Assembly: GCA_963666735.1 (NCBI GenBank)
Contig: OY762926.1
Coordinates: 2,016,001-2,080,000 of the forward strand
Direction of reading: 5' to 3'
DNA: 64,000 nt
Origin: Gemmatimonadota bacterium
Lineage (GTDB): Bacteria; Gemmatimonadota; Gemmatimonadetes; Palauibacterales; Palauibacteraceae
Translations under genes and position numbers: made by a program
Shown: positions 28,203 through 40,946 of the stretch, in pieces
Layout of the letters: the number at the start of each line of letters is the position of its first letter
How positions within the stretch are numbered: position 1 is the first letter of the stretch
Notes under the pieces: model-generated
The model's input: the letters and a program-made list of their open reading frames with translations, nothing else
Database searches by the model: none
What the model was told of the DNA's origin: nothing

Positions 28203-30551
28203 CTACGGCTGCACGATCCTGTAGTCGACCGGCGGCTCGGCGCCCATGAGGTGCTCGATGAAGTAGTCCCACGTGCGCCGGATCAGGTACGGCTCGCGCG
28301 CGTAGCCGTGGTTCCGGTTCGGGAAGACGAGCATGTCGAACGTCTTGTTCGCCTCGATGAGCGCGTCGGCCACGAGCAGCGTCATGTTCGGGTGCACGTT
28401 GTCATCGAGCGACCCGTAATGGAGCAGGAGCTTCCCCCTGAGGTTCGAGGCGATGTTCTGGTTCGCCTGCGAGTCGAAGCTGTCCGTGCCGTCCGGGTTC
28501 CGTTCGAGCAGCCCGTGGTATTTCTCCCCCCACGGGAAGTGGTAGCCGCGCTGGTCGTGATTGCCCGCCCCCGACACCGCGACCTTGAAGAAGTCCGGGA
28601 AGGTGAGGATCGCGTCCGTCGAGGAGAAGCCGCCCCCGGAGTGGCCGAAGATCCCCACCCGCTCGATGTCGATGGGATAGCGGAGGGCGAGCGCCTTGAG
28701 CGCCGCGACGTGATCGGGGATCCCGTTGTCCCGCATGTTCCCGTAGTAGCTCTCGTGGAAGGCCTTGGAGCGGTACGGCGTGCCCATCGCGTCGATCGCG
28801 AAGGCGATGAAACCGAGCTGGGCGAGCGCGTGGCCCTGGCCCCGCGGCCCGGAGGTGAAGCCGGGCGTGCGAATGGGGCCGATCTGGGGGCCGGGGTAGA
28901 CGTAGTCGATGACGGGATAGACGGCCCCCTCTTCCATGTTCGGGGGGAGCCAGAGGTAGCCGTACACGTCCGTCACCCCGTCGCGCGCCTTCGCGGAGAA
29001 GCGCACGGGGGGCTCCCAGCCGGCCGCGAGGAGCGGGGAGATGTCGCCCTGCTCGACCGTCATCACGGGGCGTCCGGCGCCGTCCCTGAGGACGGTGACC
29101 GGGGCCGTCGAACGCGTGGAATACGTGTCCACGAAGTAGCGGCCGTCGGGTGAGGCGGAGACCGCGTGGTGGGCGTCCTCGGGCGAGAGGAGCGTCACTC
29201 CGCCGCCGTCGAGCGACGCCCGGTACAGGTGATGCCGGTACGGATCGCGCCCGGGCTCGCGCCCCACGCCGGTGAAGTAGACCTGCCGCGCGGCCTCATC
29301 GACCGCCAGAAGCTGGACGACGAGCCAGGACCCCTGCGTGATCCGGTTCTTCATCTCTCCGGTGGCGAGGTCGTGCAGGTAGAGGTGGCCCCAGCCCTCG
29401 CGCTCGGAGAACCAGATGAACTCGGTCCCGTTGTCGAGCACGCGCCAGTTGTAGGGCGTGCGGAGCTGGTTCAGCTCCACCCAGGTGTCGCCGCTCTCGA
29501 CGATGACTCTGCGCGACGCGCCCGTCGCGGCGTCGACTTCAACGAGCGTCTGGCTCTTGAAATCGCGGGAATGGTGCGAGAACCAGACGCGGCCGCCGTC
29601 CGGCGACCACTGCGCGGCGTGCCAGGTCGTGTCCGCGTCGCCGAAGTATCCGACGACGGGATCGTAGTCGGCCCGCACCCGGACTCCGGTCTCGGCGTCG
29701 AAGAGGTGGAGTTGCCAGGTCGGGACGATGGAATCGCCGGGGAGCGCGTAGCGGTAGCTGTGGAGGATCGGACGCCCCGTGGCGGCCTCGAGCAGGTGCA
29801 GGTCCTCGACGTCGCGCTCGTCGTAACGGTGGGTCGCGATCCGGCGGCCGTCGGGCGACCACTCGGCCACGGGCGGCGGCTTGAACTCCCTGCGGCGGTT
29901 CGTGATCTCCTGGCAGCAGCCCTCGGGGGCGACGCCGTAGCCCCAGTGCAGCTCTCCGTCCGTCGAGAGTTGGCGCTCCTCGCCGGAGCCCGTGTCGCGG
30001 ACCCACAGGTTCTCGTCGCGCGAGAAGACGGCGAGCGCGCCATCGGGGGAATCGATCTCGTGCGTCGCCCGCGCGACCGAGTCCGGGCCGGTGCAGCGGT
30101 AGGCGCCGATGTCGCAGTCCCAGCGCTCGTCGGTCTCCGTCCAGAAGCGGATCCCGCCGGACGCGTTGAACTCGAACTCGTCGAAGGGAAGATCCGTCGC
30201 CTCGTGGCTCTCGTCGGAAGCCTCGGAGAGGGCGGCGGCGAGCCGGTCGTGGTCGAAGGCGGGCCGGCGAGTGCGGGCGGCGGCGTCGATCATGATGAAC
30301 TCGTGGCCGCCGAACACCTGGTTGCGGTACCAGAAGCGGTTCGCGTCGACCCAGCGGGGGCTCACCGTGACGCCCGACGTGAGCTTCTCGGCGTGCCAGG
30401 GCAGGAACTGCTCGGCGCGCGCGTACTCGCTCGCGCTCACGGATTCCGGCTGGTAGGGCCGGGATTGGGCGGCGGCGTCGGGCGTCAGCGTGGCGAGCGC
30501 GAGGACGGCGAGCGCGGCGGGTGACAGGCCGAAAATCGAGGGGCGTCTCAC
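28203..30551 (-). CDS. S9B dipeptidyl-peptidase IV-like protein, secreted
   Basis: Signal peptide; DPPIV N-terminal propeller; YPGPQ, GHSGGG nucleophile, DDNVHP, NRNH. Confidence 0.92.
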   Translation of the reverse strand: MRRPSIFGLSPAALAVLALATLTPDAAAQSRPYQPESVSASEYARAEQFLPWHAEKLTSGVTVSPRWVDANRFWYRNQVFGGHEFIMIDAAARTRRPAFDHDRLAAALSEASDESHEATDLPFDEFEFNASGGIRFWTETDERWDCDIGAYRCTGPDSVARATHEIDSPDGALAVFSRDENLWVRDTGSGEERQLSTDGELHWGYGVAPEGCCQEITNRRREFKPPPVAEWSPDGRRIATHRYDERDVEDLHLLEAATGRPILHSYRYALPGDSIVPTWQLHLFDAETGVRVRADYDPVVGYFGDADTTWHAAQWSPDGGRVWFSHHSRDFKSQTLVEVDAATGASRRVIVESGDTWVELNQLRTPYNWRVLDNGTEFIWFSEREGWGHLYLHDLATGEMKNRITQGSWLVVQLLAVDEAARQVYFTGVGREPGRDPYRHHLYRASLDGGGVTLLSPEDAHHAVSASPDGRYFVDTYSTRSTAPVTVLRDGAGRPVMTVEQGDISPLLAAGWEPPVRFSAKARDGVTDVYGYLWLPPNMEEGAVYPVIDYVYPGPQIGPIRTPGFTSGPRGQGHALAQLGFIAFAIDAMGTPYRSKAFHESYYGNMRDNGIPDHVAALKALALRYPIDIERVGIFGHSGGGFSSTDAILTFPDFFKVAVSGAGNHDQRGYHFPWGEKYHGLLERNPDGTDSFDSQANQNIASNLRGKLLLHYGSLDDNVHPNMTLLVADALIEANKTFDMLVFPNRNHGYAREPYLIRRTWDYFIEHLMGAEPPVDYRIVQP

Positions 30552-30693
30552 GGGATCCTCCTGGGTTTCTGGACTCCGGAAAGAATAGACCGAAGCGTTC
30601 GCCGGCCGGTAGGGTCGCAAAGGTCGCCGCGCCGTTGCGGAGTCGAACGAGGCGGCGCTAGCGTGCCCGCCGACCCGATCCGAGGAGTTTTCC

Positions 30694-32172
30694 GTGAATG
30701 CGACCTCGTCAGCCGTCCGTCCGAGGCGGCTCTTCCTGGCCAGTTGCGTGTCGCTCATCGCGACCTCCGTCACGTTCGCGGTGGTGGGCGCGGTCATGCT
30801 CACCCTCAAGAGCGAATTCACGCTCACGAACTACGAGGTCGGCCTCATTGGCGGCGCGGCGCTCTGGGGCTTCGCGGTGTCGCAGGTCCTCTTCGCACCC
30901 TTCTGCGACACGCTCGGGATGCGGTTCCTGCTCCGGCTCGCCTTCGCGTGCCATCTCCTGGGGGCGCTCGTCCTGGTCACGGCCGGCGGTTTCTGGCAGG
31001 CGTTCATCGGAGCGCTGACGCTGGCGCTCGGGAACGGACTCGTCGAGGCCGCCTGCAACCCGCTCGTGGCGGCACTTTATCCGGACCGGAAGACGGTCAA
31101 GCTGAACCAGTTCCACGTCTGGTTCCCGGGCGGGATCGTCATCGGCTCGGTGCTCGCCTTCGGGCTCGACTCGGTGGGGCTCACCGCGTGGCAACTGAAG
31201 ATCGGCCTCATCCTCATCCCCACGCTCATCTACGGTCACCTGATGTGGCGGGAGGAGTTCCCGCCGACGGAAGGTGTGCGCGCCGGGGTAAGCATGTGGG
31301 AGATGTTCAAGGCAACGTTCATGACGCCCTTGATGATCGTGATGCTGTTCTGCATGGCGATCACGGCGTCGACGGAACTGGGGCCGAACCGCTGGGTGCC
31401 GGCGGTGCTGGAGGCTGGCGGCATCCCGGGGATCCTCGTGCTCGCGTGGATCAATGGCCTGATGGCGATCCTGCGCTACAAGGCGGGGTTTGCGGTGGAG
31501 CGGCTCTCGCCGACGGGGGTGCTGTCGGCGAGCGCGGCGGTCTCCGTCCTGGGACTGCTCTGGCTCAGCTACGCGGAGACGACGCTGATGGCCTTCGCCT
31601 CGGCTACCGTGTTCGCGGTCGGCGTGTGCTACTTCTGGCCGACGATGCTCGGCTTCGTGTCGGAGCGGATCCCGCGGTCCGGCGCGCTGGGGCTCGGGCT
31701 GATGGGGGCGACGGGGATGGCGGTCGTGGGACTGTGGACGACGCCGTGGATGGGACGGATCGCCGACGAGGTGGGGCACGAGCGGCTCCCGGCGGTCGAG
31801 ACGCAGGCGCTCTTCGCCGATGCGGCGGCAGCCTTCGCCGGGGCCGGCGGGAGCACCGCCCCGGATCTGGCGGCGGCGGGTGAAGCGGTGAGGGAGGCGC
31901 TCGCCGGGGTGGGACCGGATGGCGCAATGCCGGAGTCGGTGACGGCGAACGCGCTGCGGGCGATCATCGACTCCGCGGGCGATGAGACGCTCGTGGAGCG
32001 GGCGAGCGCGATCCTCGGGCCGGCGGACAACTATGGAGGACGGGTCTCGTTCCGGCGTCTCGTTCCTTTTACGGCCGTCCTCGTCCTCATCTTCGGACTC
32101 ATCCGCATGCGCGACCGGCGGGCCGGCGGCTACCGGGCCGTCCGCATCGGGACGGAGCCGGACGACGGATGA
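30694..32172 (+). CDS. MFS sugar/glycoside transporter
   Basis: GNGLVEAACNPLVA.LYP..KT..LN.FHVWFPGGIVIG, TELGP, YFWPTMLGFVSERIP. Confidence 0.88.
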   Translation: MNATSSAVRPRRLFLASCVSLIATSVTFAVVGAVMLTLKSEFTLTNYEVGLIGGAALWGFAVSQVLFAPFCDTLGMRFLLRLAFACHLLGALVLVTAGGFWQAFIGALTLALGNGLVEAACNPLVAALYPDRKTVKLNQFHVWFPGGIVIGSVLAFGLDSVGLTAWQLKIGLILIPTLIYGHLMWREEFPPTEGVRAGVSMWEMFKATFMTPLMIVMLFCMAITASTELGPNRWVPAVLEAGGIPGILVLAWINGLMAILRYKAGFAVERLSPTGVLSASAAVSVLGLLWLSYAETTLMAFASATVFAVGVCYFWPTMLGFVSERIPRSGALGLGLMGATGMAVVGLWTTPWMGRIADEVGHERLPAVETQALFADAAAAFAGAGGSTAPDLAAAGEAVREALAGVGPDGAMPESVTANALRAIIDSAGDETLVERASAILGPADNYGGRVSFRRLVPFTAVLVLIFGLIRMRDRRAGGYRAVRIGTEPDDG

Positions 32173-32179
32173 CGCACGG

Positions 32180-33379
32180 ATGACTCGTCGCCTCAGCTAC
32201 GGGATGGTCGGGGGTGGCCCCGGGGCCTTCATCGGGGACGTGCACCGGATGGCCGCGGAACTCGACGGTCGCGCGCGCATCGCGGCCGGCGCCTTCTCGT
32301 CGGACGCCGAGCGATCGGCCGCCAAGGGGGCCGAGATCGGACTGGACCCGGACCGGGTCTTCGGGAGTTACGCGGAGATGGCGGAGTCCGAGGCGGCACG
32401 CGCGGGAGACGGCCGGCTGGACTTCGTCATCATCGTCACGCCGAACCATCTCCACTTCGATGTGGCGCGCACCTTCCTCGAGGCGGGCTTCCATGTGGTG
32501 TGCGACAAGCCGTTGACGACGGAACTCGGGGACGCGGAGGCGCTGTGCCGGCTCGTGGCCGGCGGCGACCGCGCGTTCGCCCTCACGCACAACTACGGCG
32601 GCTATCCGATGATCAAGGACGCGCGCCACCTGGTGCGCGGGGGGACGCTGGGGGAGATCCGCCGCATCCAACTCGAGTACTTCCAGGGGTGGCTGGCGAC
32701 GCCGCTCGAGGAAATCGGGCACCCGCAGGCGGTGTGGCGCACGGACCCGGCGCAGGCGGGGGTGGCCGGGGCGCTGGGGGACATCGGGACGCACGCGCAT
32801 CACCTGGCCCGCTACGTGACCGGGCTGGAAGTCGAGGCGTTGTGCGGCGAGCTGACGACGTTCGTGCCGGGACGGCGGCTCGAGGACGACGCGAGCCTGC
32901 TCATGAGGTGGAACGGCGGGGTGCGGGGAACGCTGACGGTGTCGCAGGTGGCGGCGGGCGAGGAGAACGGGCTCGCGATCCGCGTGTTCGGGAGCGAGGG
33001 CTCGATCGCCTGGCGGCACGACGACGCGGAGACGCTGTGGCACCGGACACCGGACGGGCAGACCCGGGTGCGCCGCCGAGGACACGGCTGGATCTCGCCG
33101 GAGGCCCAGGGCGCTTCGCGGGTTCCGCCGGGCCACCCGGAGGGGTTCATCGAAGGCTTCGCGAACCTGTACGGGAGTGTGATCTCGACCATCGGAGCGC
33201 TCGACGAAGGGCGGACGCCGGACGCGGCGGACCTCGACTTCCCAACCGTGTGGGATGGGGCGCGCGGGGTTCACTTCCTCGACCGGGCGGTGGAGAGCGG
33301 GCGGCGCGGCGCATGGGTGGACGCGCGCTACGCACCGCCGGGGGAACCGCCCGCAGAGCCCTGGGAGCCTGCGCCATGA
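32180..33379 (+). CDS. Gfo/Idh/MocA-family oxidoreductase
   Basis: [41 protein letters not shown]. Confidence 0.93.
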   Translation: MTRRLSYGMVGGGPGAFIGDVHRMAAELDGRARIAAGAFSSDAERSAAKGAEIGLDPDRVFGSYAEMAESEAARAGDGRLDFVIIVTPNHLHFDVARTFLEAGFHVVCDKPLTTELGDAEALCRLVAGGDRAFALTHNYGGYPMIKDARHLVRGGTLGEIRRIQLEYFQGWLATPLEEIGHPQAVWRTDPAQAGVAGALGDIGTHAHHLARYVTGLEVEALCGELTTFVPGRRLEDDASLLMRWNGGVRGTLTVSQVAAGEENGLAIRVFGSEGSIAWRHDDAETLWHRTPDGQTRVRRRGHGWISPEAQGASRVPPGHPEGFIEGFANLYGSVISTIGALDEGRTPDAADLDFPTVWDGARGVHFLDRAVESGRRGAWVDARYAPPGEPPAEPWEPAP

Positions 33380-34380
33380 GTACGCGACCGATCACGCTGT
33401 TCACCGGCCAGTGGGCGGACATGCCGCTGGCGACGCTCGCCGGGAAAGCGGCTGCGTGGGGCTACGACGGGCTCGAGCTCGCCTGCTGGGGCGACCACTT
33501 CGACGTTGTGCGGGCGGCCGAGGAAGACGGCTACGCCGCCGGGCAGCGCGACCTGCTGGCGGCCCACGGCCTCGAGGTGCATGCGATCGCCAACCATCTT
33601 GTCGGTCAGGCCGTGTGCGATCCGATCGATGCCCGCCACCGGCTGATTCTGCCGGAGCGCGTGTGGGGCGATGGCGACCCCGGGGGCGTGCGGCGGCGGG
33701 CCGCGGCGGAAATGAGCCGGTCGGCGGCCGCGGCGGCTGCGCTCGGCGTCCCGGTCGTGAACGGCTTCACCGGCAGCTCGATCTGGGCCGCCGCGTACGC
33801 CTTCCCCCCGCACCCGCCCGGCTTCAACGAGGCCGGGTTCGCCGACTTTGCGGAGCGCTGGAACCCGATCCTGGACGCGTTCGACGCGGCGGGCGTGAAG
33901 TTCGCCCTCGAAGTCCACCCCACCGAGATCGCCTTCGACGCCGCCAGCGCGGCGCGCGCCGTGGAGGCTGTGAAGGGACGCCCAGCCTTCGGCTTCAACT
34001 ACGACCCCAGCCATCTCGCCTACCAGGGCGTCGACTACGTCGCCTTCATCCTCGAATTCGGCGACCGCATCCACCACGCCCACATGAAGGATGTGTGGTG
34101 GTCGGACACGCCGACCCGCTCCGGCGTGTTCGGAGGCCACTTGGACTTCGGGCACGCGGACCGCGGTTGGGATTTCCGTTCCATCGGACGCGGGCGCGTG
34201 GACTTCGAGGAGATCCTGCGGGCGCTGGACCGCGTGGGCTACGCGGGGCCCCTCTCGATCGAGTGGGAAGACAGCGGCATGGACCGCGAACACGGCGCCC
34301 GGGAGGCCTGCGAGCGCCTCCGGGCGATGACCTTCCCGCCTTCCGCGACCGCCTTCGACGCCGCCTTCTCCGAAGACTGA
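33376..34380 (+). CDS. Sugar phosphate isomerase/epimerase (AP_endonuc_2 TIM barrel)
   Basis: [53 protein letters not shown] coupled. Confidence 0.92.
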   Translation: MSTRPITLFTGQWADMPLATLAGKAAAWGYDGLELACWGDHFDVVRAAEEDGYAAGQRDLLAAHGLEVHAIANHLVGQAVCDPIDARHRLILPERVWGDGDPGGVRRRAAAEMSRSAAAAAALGVPVVNGFTGSSIWAAAYAFPPHPPGFNEAGFADFAERWNPILDAFDAAGVKFALEVHPTEIAFDAASAARAVEAVKGRPAFGFNYDPSHLAYQGVDYVAFILEFGDRIHHAHMKDVWWSDTPTRSGVFGGHLDFGHADRGWDFRSIGRGRVDFEEILRALDRVGYAGPLSIEWEDSGMDREHGAREACERLRAMTFPPSATAFDAAFSED

Positions 34381-34523
34381 CCCCGAGCTCCACGTGGTCG
34401 AGCGCGACGATGCTTCGAGCCCGGTCGTTTCTTGCAGCGCAACGCTGCACGGAACTGGAACTGGTCGTTCCGGCGGCGCCGGCATCACAGCCCTGAGCGA
34501 GGCCTTCGGCCGGATCCGGAACG

Positions 34524-36464
34524 CTATGGAGGGACGCCGCTCCAGAGGGCGTTGACGCCGGTTTCGTAGGGTAGGACGTGGCCGGCGCTCGCACTGTCCG
34601 GGATGACGAAGATGGGCGTTCGGCCGGGGTGTGCCTCGATGAGGCGCGCGTTCGCTTCCGGCCCGAGATCCCGGGTCCAGAGTACGCCCGAGCCGCCGAG
34701 CCCGGGCAGATCCCCGCGCCACAGGTAGCTGGTGAGGCCCATCGCGCCGAGCCGGTCGGCCGCCGCCTCGCGCCGGCACCGATCGACCACCTCTTCCGGT
34801 CGTTGCGCTCCGACGAGGGCACCCTCGAGGCGGCACGGCGAATACTGATTGATGAGCGCCCGAACGCTGTCGAGCCTCATGGGGCGCGCGGCGAGCCGGG
34901 CGCCGATCCGGTCCTGCCACGACTCGTGCACGAACACGAGCGACGGGCCGGGCTCCGCGATCTCCGGGACGAGCGGGGCGCGGCTTCCCAGGCGCACGAC
35001 GCGCTCGGCCCCCCCCACGGCCAGGCCGTAGGCGAGCGAGACGAGGACGAGGACGGCGATCCCGTCCGACAGCCACGGCCGCCGGCGCGCGCGAGAGAGA
35101 CCGACCGCCGCGAGGACGAGAAGCGCGGCCCACGCGGGCACGGCCTCGCCGAGCATGCGCGGCCCGAACACGAGATCGTGATGCCAGTAGAGGGCGCTCG
35201 CCAGGATCGGCAGGAAGGCCCACGCGGCGAGGATGCGCTCGCCGCGCTGCAAGCGGCGCGCGAAGAGCAGGTAGAGTCCGATGAGCGCGGCGACGGGCAG
35301 CGCGGCGCCAAAGAGTTCGCGCCCGACCGAAAGCAGTTCGGTCGACGTGTAGCCCAGCGCCTGCGTGAAGCCGTACATGCGGCCCCAGGGGTCGATGTGG
35401 AAGCCGAGGCCGTGGCTCGGGCCGGTGGCCGCGGTATAGCCGAGGGTGAGCGGGCTGCCGAAGAAGTGGGCGTTGAACCAGCCGAGACCGACCGCGAACG
35501 GGAGGCCGCCCAGGACCCACCAGGCGAAGCGGCGCAGGAGCCACGGCCGGTGCAGGCCCGGCCCCTGGCGCGGCGCGGTCAGCCACACGCCGGCCGTCAC
35601 GGCGGCGCCGATGAGCAGGCCGGAGACGGGGCGCGTCGTGACCATGAAGCCCATCGCGGCGCCCGCAGCAAGCGCCCACACGGCCCGGCCCGTCTCGGCC
35701 CGGAGCGACAGCCAGAGGGCGAGCGCGGCGAAAGCCGCCACGGTCGCGTGGTTCATGTAGGCCCCGGCCAGGGCCAGCAGCATGGGGCTGGTGACGGCGA
35801 GCAGCGCGCCGAGCCGGGCGACCGCGACCCGGTCGGGCAACAGGCGCTCGAACGACAGGACGGAGAAGACGCCGAGCATCCCCATCGCTCCCGCCATCGC
35901 GACCCACGGACCTCCCAGCCGGAAGCCAGCCGCAAGCCACAGGGCGTGGGCCGGGGGGTACTGGGACACCCACCCCGCGGGCGTCTGCACCATGAACTGC
36001 ATCGACCAGAACTCGGGCATCGAGAGCGGAGGCCCGGCCAGTGCCCCGGCGGCGAAGTAGCGAGCCTGCAGGAGTTGCACGCTCGCGTCGTTGACGAGGG
36101 TGCGCCCCTCGTACACCGCCAGCGCGACCGCGGCCGTGAGCCCGGCGCCCAGAAGCCCGATGAACGCGGCTGCCATCCATGCCGGCGGCCGCTCGATCGC
36201 CCGGCCGATCCGGGTGAGCATGCCGGACAGCCTCCCTCCCCCGAACATCCCTGCCAGAACGGCGACTCCGACCGCGAGGAGGGTCCAGACGCCGGCCGTG
36301 ACGCCCCAACTGTACGTCCAGTGCTCGAACCCCGACCGCCGCATGAGGTCGTCCAGCGCGCCCGGAGGCGCGGCCGGATCGAGCACCACGAAGACGGGGA
36401 CGACGACAAGCACGACCAGCGCGAGTCCCACCACCCGCCGGCCCGCATCGAGGAATAGGTTCAT
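34524..36464 (-). CDS. Polytopic membrane protein, GT-C/PMT-like glycosyltransferase
   Basis: Many TM helices; NDA..QLLQA..FA.G, SQYPP.H, YMNH, GPRML.E; soluble C-terminal domain. Confidence 0.6.
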   Translation of the reverse strand: MNLFLDAGRRVVGLALVVLVVVPVFVVLDPAAPPGALDDLMRRSGFEHWTYSWGVTAGVWTLLAVGVAVLAGMFGGGRLSGMLTRIGRAIERPPAWMAAAFIGLLGAGLTAAVALAVYEGRTLVNDASVQLLQARYFAAGALAGPPLSMPEFWSMQFMVQTPAGWVSQYPPAHALWLAAGFRLGGPWVAMAGAMGMLGVFSVLSFERLLPDRVAVARLGALLAVTSPMLLALAGAYMNHATVAAFAALALWLSLRAETGRAVWALAAGAAMGFMVTTRPVSGLLIGAAVTAGVWLTAPRQGPGLHRPWLLRRFAWWVLGGLPFAVGLGWFNAHFFGSPLTLGYTAATGPSHGLGFHIDPWGRMYGFTQALGYTSTELLSVGRELFGAALPVAALIGLYLLFARRLQRGERILAAWAFLPILASALYWHHDLVFGPRMLGEAVPAWAALLVLAAVGLSRARRRPWLSDGIAVLVLVSLAYGLAVGGAERVVRLGSRAPLVPEIAEPGPSLVFVHESWQDRIGARLAARPMRLDSVRALINQYSPCRLEGALVGAQRPEEVVDRCRREAAADRLGAMGLTSYLWRGDLPGLGGSGVLWTRDLGPEANARLIEAHPGRTPIFVIPDSASAGHVLPYETGVNALWSGVPP

Positions 36465-36744
36465 GCCGGTGAAGCTACACCCGAGCTCCCCGCCTGTCTG
36501 CGATGATCCGCGGCTGCCTGCCCGCGGCGAGGCGCCGGCAGGCCCGGCGGTGCTTGACTCGCACCGCGCCCCATCTACCTTTCCCGGCTCCGTCGGGGAG
36601 ACCCCCGCCGGGGACGATCCGAACGCCGCCGCGGCGCGGGCAACAATTCGACCCCGCTCGACTGTCCATCGGCGGGTCAGCCCGGCGATGTCCCGTCGAC
36701 CACGGGCGGTTCGCACACTCCAACCCGGATCCGGCGTCACTCGC

Positions 36745-37763
<1,019 letters not shown>

Positions 37764-37767
<4 letters not shown>

Positions 37768-40019
37768 TCGGCCGCATTCTGACCGTCGCCAGGCGCGAAT
37801 TCGCGGGCTACTTCGACCACGCGACCGCCTACATCCTCCTCGTCATCTTCTTCGGGATCAACTTCTATTTCTACTTCCAGGAGGCCTATCTCCTCGGCGA
37901 GGCCTCGCTGCGGCCCATGTTGTCGCTCCTCCCGTGGCTTCTGCTCTTCTTCATTCCGGCCGTCTGCATGCGGTCGTTCGCCGAGGAGCGGAACGCGGGG
38001 ACGCTCGAACTCGTGCTCGCCCAGCCAATCCAGGTCGTGGAGTTCCTGCTCGGCAAGTTCCTCGGCGTCCTCTTCTTCCTGTCGGTCGCCATGGCGGGGA
38101 CGCTGGGCATCCCGCTCGGCCTCACGCTCGGCGCGGACCTTCAGTGGGGTGTGATCTTCTCGCAGTACCTGGGATCGATGTTCCTCATCTCGGCCCTCAT
38201 CGCGGTCGGCCTGTGGGCGTCCTCGCTCACGAGAAACCAGGTGACCGCGTTCATCATCGGCGTCACGGTCGGCTTCGCCCTCTACCTCATCGGACTCCCC
38301 ACGGTCACGCTCTCCCTCCCCGGCCCGTTCGCCGCGGTGGCGGCGCGCCTGGGCGTGCTCGGGCACTTCTCGAACGTGGCGCGAGGCGTGATCGACCTGC
38401 GGGACGTCCTGTACTTCGCGGCACTCGGGACGGCGTTCCTCTCGCTCACGTATTTCTCCGTCATGCGCGAACGCCTGAGCCGCGGCAGGCCGGCGTACGG
38501 GCGGCTCCGCGTGGGCGTGCTCGGCCTGGTCGGGATCGCGATCTTCGCCGCGCTGGCGGGCGGGCAGTTGCGCGGCCGGATCGACCTCACGCCCGGCAAG
38601 GTCTACACGCTGTCCCCGCCGACGGCCGACCTGCTGCGCGGCCTCGACGACCTCGTGACGCTCAAGCTCTTCCAGTCCGCGGAACTCCCGGCGCAACTCA
38701 TGCCCGTGAGCCGGGACGTGGACGATCTTCTCCGGGATCTCGACGCCACCGGCGGCGCCAACGTGAACCTCGTCCGCGCGAACCCGGACGAGGATCCCGA
38801 CGCCCGGGAGGAGGCGGGACTGCTCGGCATCCGCCCCGTGCCGTTCCAGGTCTTCGCCGATGACGAGGTGTCGTACCAGGAGCGCTATTTTGCGCTCGCG
38901 GTCCAGTACGCCGGCGATAGCCAGATAATCCCCCTCATCCGGCAGACGGCCGACCTCGAGTACCGCCTCGCTTCGATGATCCGGGCCCTCACGCGCCCGG
39001 AACGTCCCGCCATCGGGATCCTGACCGGGCACGGCGAGCTGAGTCTGGACGCGGGGCTTCGGATCGCCCGCGGCCGGCTCCAACTGGAATACGATGTGAT
39101 GGAGTTCCGCATCGACTCGACGACCGCGGCGGTGCCGGATTCGATCGACGTGCTCGTGATCGCCGGTGGCACATCGCCCCTGGAGCCCGCGGCCGGCGAA
39201 ATCATGAGCCGGTTCGTCGACGAGGGAGGGAGCCTCTTTGTCCTCAAGTCCGGCGTGACGGCGGACATGCAGGCGCGCTACGCGGGCCCCACCTTCGATC
39301 CGGCCCTCGACTCTCTTCTGCAGGCGCGCGGACTCGGCATCGTCCCGTCGATGGCTTTCGATCTGCTCGTCAACGAACAGGTGCAGGTCCCGTCCCAGGG
39401 TGGCGCCTTCATCGTGGAGTATCCGCTGTGGATGCTCGCCCAGCCGGCCTCCGGACACGTGATCGTGGACGGCGTGGCGAACGTGCCGATCCGATACGGA
39501 AGCCCGCTGCTGGTCGAGGTGGAAGACAGCACGCTCGTGACGCCGCTTCTCACCACCTCCGAGGGAGGCGGACGGCTGCAGACCCCGCTCTCGATCGACG
39601 CGATGCAGGAGTGGGCCGCGGTCATCGCGCCGGGCGGGGAGCTCTCGGAGGGAGATGTGGCGATGGAGACGCTCGCCCTGGCCTACACCCAGCCGGACGG
39701 AGGCCGCATCGTCCTCGCGGGCTCCTCGTCGCTGATCCACGACGAGACGCTCTCGCAATCGATGTCCGGGCTGGCCGGGATGGTCTTCTTCCAGAACGCG
39801 ATCGATTGGCTCGCCCAGGACGAGGCGTTGATCTCGATCCGGTCCAAGGACCGCGCGCCGCCGCTGCTCCTCTTCCCCAACGAATGGCTCCCGGACGTGA
39901 CCCGGTACGGGAACATGGCCGGCGTTCCGCTGCTCTTCGTCCTCGTCGGCGTGCTGCGGCTCGCGCGCCGCCGGCAGGTGCAGCAGCGTTCGTTCACGGA
40001 GGGAGGAGCGCTCGTATGA
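37764..40019 (+). CDS. Fused GldF-like ABC-2 permease and GldG-like auxiliary domain
   Basis: MRSFAEERN.GTLE, LGKF, SSLTRNQ, RGVIDLRD; then RIDLT..KVYTLS..T, LEY.L...I, TGHGE, NAIDWL. Confidence 0.88.
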
Positions 40020-40945
40020 ACGCCAGGCAACTGAAGGTCATCGCGGTCGTGCTCGGCGTGGCGGTCCTCCTCTACCTGCCCCGGCTGTTCAGGGACAGCG
40101 GCGCGGGAGGGACGCTGGATGTCGGGGACGGCTTCTCCTTCGTGGTGACGGACTCCATCGCGGGCGTGGACATCGTGGTCGCGGACGACGCCGGCACGGT
40201 GCGCCTCGAGCGGACGGACGCGGGGTGGACGGTCGACGGCTACGTGGCGGACGAACCGAAGATCCGCGGCCTCCTGGACGTGATCGGGCGGCTCTCCTCG
40301 TCGGAACTCATCGCGCGCAACCCGTCGAATCACGCGAACCTGGGCGTCGCGGAGGGCGGCCGGCAGGTCGAAGTGCGGACGGTCGGTGGAGACGTGCGGC
40401 GGTTCCATCTCGGCGAGCGCGACACGCGTTCCGGGGGGTATTTCGTGCGTCTTCCCGGCGACGATGTCGTCTACCGGCTCGACGGTCCGGCCGGAGGTTA
40501 CCTGAACCGCGACCGCGACGGGTGGCGCCCGCGCCTGATCGCCTCCGTGGACACCGCCGGCGTACGCGAAATCCTCATGCGCCGCGGGGACCGGGAGGCC
40601 GTGCTGCGCCGGAGCGATGAGGGGTGGCTCGCCGGGGACGCGCCGGCGGATTCGGCGCTCGTGCAGAGGCTCCTCGCCATCCTGCCCTCCGTCTCCGCTT
40701 CCGGCTTCCCCACGGATGAGGAAGAGGCGGCCGCCGACTTCACGCTCGCGGACGGATCGTTCGAAGTGTTCTCGGAGGGGTCCGCGGACGTGACCAGCCG
40801 GCGCCTCGAACTCGCGATCCTGCTGCTGGAGGACGAGGAGCGCGGAGACTGGGTCGCCCGCATCGCGGACGGAACGGAAGCCTTCCGGCTCTCCGGCCTC
40901 ACCGTGAACCGCCTGCTCCCGGAGGCGCTGCTCCCCGTCCCCTAG
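40016..40945 (+). CDS. DUF4340-domain protein
   Basis: N-terminal TM, two repeated units with L.R....W....AD; usual position after GldAFG-like genes. Confidence 0.7.
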   Translation: MNARQLKVIAVVLGVAVLLYLPRLFRDSGAGGTLDVGDGFSFVVTDSIAGVDIVVADDAGTVRLERTDAGWTVDGYVADEPKIRGLLDVIGRLSSSELIARNPSNHANLGVAEGGRQVEVRTVGGDVRRFHLGERDTRSGGYFVRLPGDDVVYRLDGPAGGYLNRDRDGWRPRLIASVDTAGVREILMRRGDREAVLRRSDEGWLAGDAPADSALVQRLLAILPSVSASGFPTDEEEAAADFTLADGSFEVFSEGSADVTSRRLELAILLLEDEERGDWVARIADGTEAFRLSGLTVNRLLPEALLPVP

Positions 40946-40946
40946 C

